From positions 1-64,000 of IMG/VR virus record IMGVR_UViG_3300019458_000191: a stretch of 64,000 bases of DNA, one strand, 5' to 3'. A program made the position numbers and the translations under genes. Below, one piece after another: positions 57,188-64,000 of the stretch. How positions within the stretch are numbered: the first letter of the stretch is position 1; each line of letters begins with the position of its first letter. The DNA comes from a virus. The notes below the pieces were generated by a model, which saw only the letters and a list, made by a program, of their open reading frames with translations, did not search any database and was not told where the DNA came from.

Positions 57188-57746
57188 ATCGTTTTTCCTG
57201 TTTCTCTTTGAGTTTTTCTTGGATTATATCACAAATAGATCGAGGCGTTCTTTCTACTTGTTTTTTTCTTTCTATTATCATTTGGTCAAGAAGCTTAACA
57301 GTTTCTTTCACTTTCATTTTTTCATCATCGATGTTTAACATACCTAACCTACTGTAATATTGAGGGTCTTGTTTTAAATTGTTTAATACTGCTTGTTTAG
57401 CAATACTCTTATCTCTCTTCACCATGTTATTCAATTCATATTGAAGTGCCATGAGGATTTCATCTGGAGACGGAGTAATCTTTTTTGAAAATATTTGATT
57501 TACTTGATTATCAATGGAAGCTGAATCAGGACCAAGAGGGGGTTGAATATTGTCCGAATCTAAATCTTGAGAACCGCTTGGTTGATTTCCTATATGATTT
57601 ACTCCCTTTTCAGAAGCCGAAAATGAAGAAGGGTTTTGAGTAATATTTCCGCCAGCAGGAGTACCGTAACCAGGCCCAACAGAAGATATACCAGCGGCAC
57701 CACCCGGTGCACCATCAAATGTATTTTCTATCGTGAATTTGTCCAT
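57177..57746 (-). CDS. hypothetical late protein
   Basis: TATTTATA 4 nt upstream; LQYELN...AVLNNLKQDPQYYSRL resembles the DUF5661-type motif. Confidence 0.65.
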   Translation of the reverse strand: MDKFTIENTFDGAPGGAAGISSVGPGYGTPAGGNITQNPSSFSASEKGVNHIGNQPSGSQDLDSDNIQPPLGPDSASIDNQVNQIFSKKITPSPDEILMALQYELNNMVKRDKSIAKQAVLNNLKQDPQYYSRLGMLNIDDEKMKVKETVKLLDQMIIERKKQVERTPRSICDIIQEKLKEKQEKRYGK

Positions 57747-57798
57747 ACACTATAAATAGTATGGACTTAGGAGAAAGGAGGAACAAGTTAGTGAGATT

Positions 57799-58155
57799 TT
57801 ATAATTCTTCTATAAGAATTTTTTTAGATGTCAGTTCTATCATTATTTCTTTACCATTAATAGATGTTTCTTCGAGATAAAAAATCGTATGTTCACCGAC
57901 AATATTTATAGACTTCACTTGTTTTATGGGATTTAATTTACTATGATTACATAAGTTACTAGCTTTACGTATATTCATATTATTATTGAAATAATCTATC
58001 CAATATTGTTTATTTTTTATTGGAACTTTGGTACCAAATGATGATATATCATCCGGCATCATACGTTCTATCTCCATCTTTATCCTCAATTGGTTTTCCA
58101 TCAGAAGGAAGAGAAGTATCCCATTGGAATTTTGGTCTGAAATCTCCGTCACCAT
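57799..58155 (-). CDS. hypothetical protein (true start probably internal)
   Basis: ORF overlapping the upstream gene. Confidence 0.45.
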   Translation of the reverse strand: MVTEISDQNSNGILLFLLMENQLRIKMEIERMMPDDISSFGTKVPIKNKQYWIDYFNNNMNIRKASNLCNHSKLNPIKQVKSINIVGEHTIFYLEETSINGKEIMIELTSKKILIEEL

Positions 58156-58333
58156 CAGAATACAACGTCACGTTACGTGAAGACCCCAATCCACCAAGTT
58201 GTTGCATGTATTTCAACATAGCAAGAAAATGAGGAATCCATCTCTCTTCCATACTACACTCAATAGTAAATGTTTTACTGTTTCTCATGTTTCTCTCCGT
58301 GACAGTTCTTACATAAAAGAACACAATAAACAA
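58049..58333 (-). CDS. hypothetical protein (likely start 58288)
   Basis: LGGLGSSRNVTLYSDGDGDFRPKF conserved-looking phage motif. Confidence 0.65.
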   Translation of the reverse strand: MFIVFFYVRTVTERNMRNSKTFTIECSMEERWIPHFLAMLKYMQQLGGLGSSRNVTLYSDGDGDFRPKFQWDTSLPSDGKPIEDKDGDRTYDAG

Positions 58334-58503
58334 AGTAAAGGTTTTTTATAATACCACCTTCTTTTTAATAATTTATCTCTTTCCGGATTATTTTTTACCC
58401 AATGTTTATCTCTACATCTCGTAGAACAAAATTTCTTATTAGGATGTTTTGTAGATAGTAAAAAATCAGAATTACAAAATAAACATTTAACTAATGTCTC
58501 CAT
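58309..58503 (-). pseudogene. Zn-binding N-terminus of a truncated HNH/homing endonuclease
   Basis: CLFC...KKFCSTRC...WVKNNPE; no nuclease domain follows. Confidence 0.5.
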
Positions 58504-58777
58504 TTTCCTTTATCTTCTCGTTTTCGTAATCCGAAACAGGTCTTCTATATAATTCCAATTTTATACACTCTAATACACCAATTAAATCATTAGCAGTCTG
58601 ATATCCGCGTTGAAGATTCAAAATTCTATTACAAACCGTTGATATGACGTAATTTATTTCTCCCACCGAATATAATGGTTTGCGTTCATCAAAAAGATTT
58701 TCCTCTGTGAGTTTTCGAACAATAGTATCTATTAATTCGTCGTATTTCTTTCGGTCTTCTGGTTTAATATAAGGCAT
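58487..58777 (-). CDS. DUF6899-like protein
   Basis: MPYIKPEDR...GEINYVI...GVLECIKLELYRR...YENEKIKENGD. Confidence 0.75.
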   Translation of the reverse strand: MPYIKPEDRKKYDELIDTIVRKLTEENLFDERKPLYSVGEINYVISTVCNRILNLQRGYQTANDLIGVLECIKLELYRRPVSDYENEKIKENGDIS

Positions 58778-58778
58778 A

Positions 58779-59120
58779 TTATTCGAAACTTTTACATTTG
58801 AGTTGAATTACGGTGACAGTAGAAGTCAAATCCAAATCAGGATAATAATCTCTCAATCCTTCAAATAAATCCGTTCTCGACACAAACCCATCTTTTATAT
58901 ATTCGTCTTCGGTTATGTCATTGAGTGTAGTATGACGAACGTTGACTACTTCTGCTTCCATGCACCAATTTACATCGGGACAAGCCAAAATAACTTTACC
59001 GGGTTTATAATCTCTATGACCTTCTCGAATTGTGATAGTTTTTTCTCCACTCATTGCTACATCTATAAGAGATTCTGACAGGAGAAGACATTGTAAAGGT
59101 TTTTTTAATTTAGACTCCAT
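58779..59120 (-). CDS. ASCH domain protein
   Basis: SGEKTITIREG, DITEDEYIKDGF, YYPDL. Confidence 0.85.
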   Translation of the reverse strand: MESKLKKPLQCLLLSESLIDVAMSGEKTITIREGHRDYKPGKVILACPDVNWCMEAEVVNVRHTTLNDITEDEYIKDGFVSRTDLFEGLRDYYPDLDLTSTVTVIQLKCKSFE

Positions 59121-59298
59121 AATTTATTTTAACTAAATATTTTTTTGTTATTGATTGAGAATGAGCCAGAGAAACTTCAGCAACAGGAGTTCCCGGAGGA
59201 TAAATAGTTTCGATGGTAACTGGTCCCTTTTCTTTAACAAGAGTTAACAATCCATTGATTATTTCCTCAGACGTATCAAATGATAATGTCTCACTCAT
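59110..59298 (-). CDS. small hypothetical protein
   Basis: ORF with overlaps on both sides. Confidence 0.5.
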   Translation of the reverse strand: MSETLSFDTSEEIINGLLTLVKEKGPVTIETIYPPGTPVAEVSLAHSQSITKKYLVKINYGV

Positions 59299-59633
59299 AC
59301 TGGTTCCATGTATTCTACAGGTATTCCAAATTCTGTAGCAATCTTTATTTCAGCATTGACTCCGGTTGATTCCTTATATCCATCAACCATCAAAACTATA
59401 AGTTTTTGACAACGAGCAATCATTGCCACATCGAATGCTTTCCAGAATTCCCAATGACCTGGCAAACTTGCATCAACCGACATTGGATGACATTGAGAAA
59501 TAGGAGCAAAAACAAAATGACCTTCACACATCAATTTTGAAGCTGCTCTATTTGATGCATGAAATCTTTCTTCTTGAACAGATTTATCTTTATGAGAATA
59601 CGGACAGGCTAAATATATGAGGGAATTATTCAT
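59295..59633 (-). CDS. DUF1937 / nucleoside 2-deoxyribosyltransferase-like protein
   Basis: IYLACPYSH, FAPISQCH, WKAFD, ESTGVNAEI. Confidence 0.85.
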   Translation of the reverse strand: MNNSLIYLACPYSHKDKSVQEERFHASNRAASKLMCEGHFVFAPISQCHPMSVDASLPGHWEFWKAFDVAMIARCQKLIVLMVDGYKESTGVNAEIKIATEFGIPVEYMEPV

Positions 59634-59634
59634 A

Positions 59635-60027
59635 TCAATTCGAATTAGGATTTAATGCTCCTGTTAAATGAATAAGTTCCACCGAATTATATGGTTGAAC
59701 TATTAAATTAATGGCCAATGTTGCTGGCTCCAAAAAATATACATGTGTTCGATATGATTGTATTATTTTCATATCTTCGAGTGTCAGTAATTCTTTATCG
59801 ATATTTGATGACACTTTAGTTCGTGTTTCAGAATTCATCGGTTCAAATGCCGATGCACGTAACTCTCTATCAATTAATTCTTTCAAAGTCTTAACAAGAA
59901 CACTATTTTCATACCTTGAAAGAGTGTCTGATTTTTCCGTTGTATTATTTGACCAAGAAGGTCTTGGAATCCAAGCAAACAAACAAGTCAAAAATGATGC
60001 TTTAGTAAAAAATTGTCTTCTATTCAT
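59635..60027 (-). CDS. Tat-signal protein carrying a tail-sheath C-terminal-like domain
   Basis: MNRRQFF twin-arginine motif; AFEPMNSETRTKV...L..L...IIQSY...INLIVQPYNSVELIHL. Confidence 0.6.
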   Translation of the reverse strand: MNRRQFFTKASFLTCLFAWIPRPSWSNNTTEKSDTLSRYENSVLVKTLKELIDRELRASAFEPMNSETRTKVSSNIDKELLTLEDMKIIQSYRTHVYFLEPATLAINLIVQPYNSVELIHLTGALNPNSN

Positions 60028-60192
60028 TGTTGACCTCCTTCAAAGCAAGTTCATACATGTTCATTAGTGTAGAGCTTAATGTTTCGCCTCCATGAAAGAC
60101 TTCTAATTTTTTGTAAAGATTCAAGGTCGATTCTTGATTTTGCTTCTTTTCCATTCTTTCTAACTATTATTTCAACTTCATTTTTCATAATT

Positions 60193-60939
60193 TTATCGTA
60201 ATTCAGGTTTCAAAAGTTTCCAACGGTCGCTGTTAATTCTTACAATATTATCATCGATGTTTTCTACCATCGTCATGACTTCTTCAACGTTATTGTAGAT
60301 GTATTTATGAGGAACAGCACCCATTATCCACAATGGAGTCTTTTTCTTACCACCTTCAATAGAAAGGAACAAAGGTTTCTTTTCACGAATGACAGTGGTT
60401 ATTTCTTCGGCACTTCCCCACGATGCTTTCTCTGGAATGATATGAGCTATAAAGAAATCACAAATATCACACAATCTTAAATCATGAGAACGAACCTGCC
60501 ACATTCTCTGTTGAACCAAATCATATTGTTCTGTTTCCATCCAGTGATGCATTTCATCTCGTGACCTTTCATCTTCTGGAATTTCATTAATGAATGGTTT
60601 GTGATATGGGTCGAAAAAGGTAATATTCCTATTGGCGAGCCTCTGTTTTATAACATCTCTCCATCCCCGGCCGTCTGAATATTGCATGTGACCAATCAGA
60701 TAACAGCGAGTTCTAAACAAAACGTTTTCTTTTGTTTTAACAGATGATTGTTGGTCTTCTGCATTACCAAACAATAATTTTTTGTGTTCATTTTCCATAG
60801 GAATTTTATAATTCTGGTTTTTAATAACCCGGCAACCTTCTTCTTCTAAAGAACGAATCCGAATGTCAAACCACTCTCCGGTGGCATCATTTCGTTGTAA
60901 CCACCAAGGCGGATCACCGGCTGACAGTTTTGTTGACAT
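60193..60939 (-). CDS. nucleoside 2-deoxyribosyltransferase-like protein
   Basis: CYLIGHM, WRD, FFDPY, DLRLCDICD, SWGSAEEI. Confidence 0.75.
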   Translation of the reverse strand: MSTKLSAGDPPWWLQRNDATGEWFDIRIRSLEEEGCRVIKNQNYKIPMENEHKKLLFGNAEDQQSSVKTKENVLFRTRCYLIGHMQYSDGRGWRDVIKQRLANRNITFFDPYHKPFINEIPEDERSRDEMHHWMETEQYDLVQQRMWQVRSHDLRLCDICDFFIAHIIPEKASWGSAEEITTVIREKKPLFLSIEGGKKKTPLWIMGAVPHKYIYNNVEEVMTMVENIDDNIVRINSDRWKLLKPELR

Positions 60940-60941
60940 TA

Positions 60942-61172
60942 TTAGTCGGTAACTGTCACAAACTCCAGAGCTAATCCACGTTGTTGTGCAAAATCCATCA
61001 AATCAGGTAATTCACGAACCGGACGATAGTTTACTGCAACTTCAAGAGTTTTGCAAAAACGGGTTGGATGATTTTCAATCACGTTTGCACCACGCAACCA
61101 TTGATGGGTGTGGTATTTTTGAATAAATTCGGCTAGGGCCTGACGGTCTTTTTCGTTTGTTGGTAATTTCAT
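60942..61172 (-). CDS. small hypothetical protein
   Basis: ORF. Confidence 0.6.
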   Translation of the reverse strand: MKLPTNEKDRQALAEFIQKYHTHQWLRGANVIENHPTRFCKTLEVAVNYRPVRELPDLMDFAQQRGLALEFVTVTD

Positions 61173-61206
61173 AATTTTTTCTTTCCTACATTAATAATAT
61201 CGAACA

Positions 61207-62178
61207 TTACTTCAAATGTTTCAAGATTTTATATACACACGCCAAAAACGTTAAGTCTCTGGCCTTTGGAATGACAAGTGAAGATTGATACAGTGATTCG
61301 GCCAACTCTACAATGATTAAAGCATCCTTTCCCTTTCCGTAAGAATCGACCTTTTCAAACAATTGTTTATACAAAGCATCAAATGAATTTGGGTCAAAAT
61401 CAGCAACCAACTGACGTATCTCTCCGAATGAAGATAGTTTCGGAGACTTTAGAATTTCGACAATCTTTTCAATGAAGTCGTTATTGACAATTGATTGTTT
61501 TGATATCTTTATGACACCATTCACCGTTGACTGTTGAGCAAAATTAAGTACTTTTCTCATGTCAGGATGAAAAGAGTTTATAATAAAAACAATATCTTCT
61601 TGTGTAAATTGTACATTTTCAATTGTTAAGATTTCGGCCAATTTAACGGCCCCTTCCTTTTTACTGGAAGGACGGATTTCAAACCCCTGAGTCCTTGAAA
61701 TTAACGCTGGAATTATCTTTTCTACATAATTACATGTTAAAATAAACCGTGTATGAGCCGAATATGTTTCCAACAAATTTCTAAGAACAGATTGTGCATT
61801 AAGAGTCAAGAAGTCGGCTTCATCCAATATGATGACCTTTAATGGTCTAAATCCAGCGGAATAAGCAAAATTCTTAATCTTGTCTCTAATTGTTTCAATA
61901 CCATTTTCATCCGATGCATTAATTGTCATTACATCACATGGTATATGTTGAACGATTAATTTAGCCAATGTAGTCTTTCCGGTACCAGCAGGCCCACTGA
62001 ATAAAAGATTTGGAATATCTTTCTTTTCTATGAAAAGTTTGATTTGTTCTTTTATATCCGAGTGTCCGACATATTCATCCAATGTCGCAGGCCGATATTT
62101 CTCAACCCAAAGAGTATGTTTTTCTCTTTTGGCTAAGGTTTTATCTAAACGTGATTCATCTTCAAAAAAATCATTCAT
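61207..62178 (-). CDS. clamp loader ATPase subunit (RFC small subunit / T4 gp44-like)
   Basis: WVEKYRP, GPAGTGKTT, INASDENG, LDEAD, TCNY, SRTQ. Confidence 0.95.
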   Translation of the reverse strand: MNDFFEDESRLDKTLAKREKHTLWVEKYRPATLDEYVGHSDIKEQIKLFIEKKDIPNLLFSGPAGTGKTTLAKLIVQHIPCDVMTINASDENGIETIRDKIKNFAYSAGFRPLKVIILDEADFLTLNAQSVLRNLLETYSAHTRFILTCNYVEKIIPALISRTQGFEIRPSSKKEGAVKLAEILTIENVQFTQEDIVFIINSFHPDMRKVLNFAQQSTVNGVIKISKQSIVNNDFIEKIVEILKSPKLSSFGEIRQLVADFDPNSFDALYKQLFEKVDSYGKGKDALIIVELAESLYQSSLVIPKARDLTFLACVYKILKHLK

Positions 62179-62180
62179 AA

Positions 62181-62435
62181 TTATGATGGAATTGATACAC
62201 CACGTTCTTTTAATACCGAATCCAAAGCAACCGTGGATAATCTATGAACCTCTTCACCTTCAGGAGAAGTCGATACCACCAATCTACCTTTCTTTGCTTC
62301 ATCGACGGCCCAACGATAGATGCTTAGTGCATCTTGCATTACTTCTGTATCCGTCTGATTCAGTTCCGCCATGAGTTTATTCATGAATGGAGAACTGACT
62401 GTAATCGATATATCCATATCAGTCTTCGGTATCAA
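62181..62435 (-). CDS. ribbon-helix-helix-like small protein
   Basis: ISITVS...TDTEVMQDALSIY. Confidence 0.55.
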   Translation of the reverse strand: MIPKTDMDISITVSSPFMNKLMAELNQTDTEVMQDALSIYRWAVDEAKKGRLVVSTSPEGEEVHRLSTVALDSVLKERGVSIPS

Positions 62436-63165
62436 CCTTAATCATGTAATACTTGGAAGTGAGTCCGGTGTCAGCGTATTCAACAAACGCTATTCCAGCT
62501 TCTGATACCTTTAATACTGCATCCTTACCTTCGGAATTAGCCGTGATAATTTCTTTTAATACTTTGGCGGAAAAACTAATTGGTTTGGTAACTTTATCCT
62601 TTCCATCAACTGTTTCAACATCCAAAGAAATTCTATTGATGTTAGAATTTACACTATATCCGAGAACCATTTCCAGTCGTCCACGTTTCTTACTCATTGC
62701 CAATGTAAATAATTCAACATCCGATAAAGCACCTTTAGCTTTAAAGAATCGACTAATGAAATCTTCAGACAACTTGATTTCAACATCCGACAGAGGCAAT
62801 GTTTTCAAATTTGGAGATTGATGAATGACCGACAAATCTCCAGCAACGATAGACATTTCTGATTTATCATCCGCCATAAGAACGGAAGTCACTCTATTTA
62901 CATCATCAGGGTCAGTCGCCAACGTAAATGTAACATCCGAACCAAGTACATTCAACATTCTCGTTATAAGAGACGTATCCAAAACGCCCAATTCAGTATC
63001 TTTAAATGCATCGAAGTTTTCCAACGTTACATTGGCCATGAACTTTCTACAACTGGTCATTGCAGTGGTTGACAATTTGTTTTCCTTACTCAACCAACGA
63101 ACTTGATTAAGAAGGCCGTTGAGGTAATACTTTTTGATAAATGATTCTAATCTTGATTTTTCCAT
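62419..63165 (-). CDS. sliding clamp (T4 gp45-like)
   Basis: 248 aa, next to the clamp loader; C-terminal LKVSEAGIAFVEY...SKYYM pattern. Confidence 0.8.
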   Translation of the reverse strand: MEKSRLESFIKKYYLNGLLNQVRWLSKENKLSTTAMTSCRKFMANVTLENFDAFKDTELGVLDTSLITRMLNVLGSDVTFTLATDPDDVNRVTSVLMADDKSEMSIVAGDLSVIHQSPNLKTLPLSDVEIKLSEDFISRFFKAKGALSDVELFTLAMSKKRGRLEMVLGYSVNSNINRISLDVETVDGKDKVTKPISFSAKVLKEIITANSEGKDAVLKVSEAGIAFVEYADTGLTSKYYMIKVDTED

Positions 63166-63222
63166 ATAAGTGTATGTGTTGTTTATTTTACTATAACCGA
63201 TTAATACTTGGCTGTCGAATTT

Positions 63223-63774
63223 TTATACTAAGAAGGAATCTAAAGTGATTCCTTCGCTCTTTGGTTTATTTATATTTGCTTCAGACGGAATACAAAGAGA
63301 TATATTGATGTTAAATTTTACAGTAAATGATGAAAGTTGTTTTTCTACAAATCGTTTTAGTTCTTCGGTATTCTCAGGGGGAGGGGTACTACCAGGAACA
63401 GGACCATAAGGGCCTCTTCGACCATTTTTACCACCTGGAAGAGGCATGGCTACGGATTTGATATCATTTTCCAATATCACCAATTTCATTGATTGAATAC
63501 TTTGTTCTATCCAATGGACGGTACTCCAATTTCTCCAATCGTCTTTTACTGCCAATCCAAGAAGATACATGCCGTCTGCATTTTTATACACATAACAAGT
63601 TCCTGGTTTAATTTCCTTTAAATGACATTTCTGTTTATAATCCGAAAACATTTCTGGATATCTCTTTTTAAATTCTAATGCTATTCCTGCACCCATTGCA
63701 CCGACACAATTGATGGTATTTACGTAGGCATCGGCCTTAATATTAAAAATGGAATCATCTAAAATCTTGAACAT
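63223..63774 (-). CDS. macro domain protein (DarG / Appr-1-p processing type)
   Basis: VNTINCVGAMGAGIALEFKKRYP, SVAMPLPGGKNG. Confidence 0.92.
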   Translation of the reverse strand: MFKILDDSIFNIKADAYVNTINCVGAMGAGIALEFKKRYPEMFSDYKQKCHLKEIKPGTCYVYKNADGMYLLGLAVKDDWRNWSTVHWIEQSIQSMKLVILENDIKSVAMPLPGGKNGRRGPYGPVPGSTPPPENTEELKRFVEKQLSSFTVKFNINISLCIPSEANINKPKSEGITLDSFLV

Positions 63775-63775
63775 A

Positions 63776-64000
63776 TCAATTCTCTATCCTTGGGATTACA
63801 ACGTCTTCGGCCATTCGTTGTGCTCTGGCTGCGATTTGTACTAATTCATGATACATTGATTTGTAATCTCTGAGTTTATTCTTTTTCTTGACTTCATCCC
63901 AAAGTTCATCCACTTCTTCATTTAATAAACTAAATCCTTCGTGAGTAGAATGAACTTTTTCTGGATGTCTTTCACGTAGTTGTGAAAGCTTCTTCGTAAC
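63776..64000 (-). CDS. partial MazG-like all-helical protein (5' end outside the window)
   Basis: Manual translation HSTHEGFSLLNEEVDELWDEVK...ELVQIAA. Confidence 0.65.
   Translation of the reverse strand, partial: VTKKLSQLRERHPEKVHSTHEGFSLLNEEVDELWDEVKKKNKLRDYKSMYHELVQIAARAQRMAEDVVIPRIEN

Noticed and set aside
57799-57960. Intein C-terminal block (KQVKSINIVGEHTIFYLE)
   Set aside because: No terminal HN/GN plus nucleophile and no N-terminal splicing block nearby

Overview
AT-rich, gene-dense 64 kb segment of a large (jumbo-type) T4-like tailed dsDNA bacteriophage, read in the standard genetic code. Core markers are rIIA/rIIB, a gp45-like sliding clamp, an RFC/gp44-like clamp loader, ATP-dependent DNA ligase, SF2 helicase, ThyA, DHFR and dCMP deaminase. 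It carries two tRNA-Gly genes, one highly atypical tRNA with a UAU anticodon, and a ~0.75 kb cluster of unassigned structured non-coding elements. There is a dispersed RNA-handling toolkit: two SpoU methylases, a nucleotidyltransferase, Pth2-like, PNK, a cyclic-phosphate receiver domain and a DUF2828/TROVE-like protein preceded by two covarying ACAGCA hairpins. Envelope-directed genes include a MotA/ExbB-ExbD-like three-gene module, LemA-like, BCS1-like AAA, lipoproteins and a Tat-signal tail-sheath C-domain. Intact and decayed homing endonucleases and several deletion scars are present. The best candidates for undescribed biology are the hairpin-RNA/TROVE-like unit, the permuted Fn3 protein with a separately encoded 20-aa strand peptide, the ncRNA/odd-tRNA cluster, the ion-motor module and the Tat-exported sheath domain. 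All calls come from motif recognition by eye; no searches or folding programs were run.
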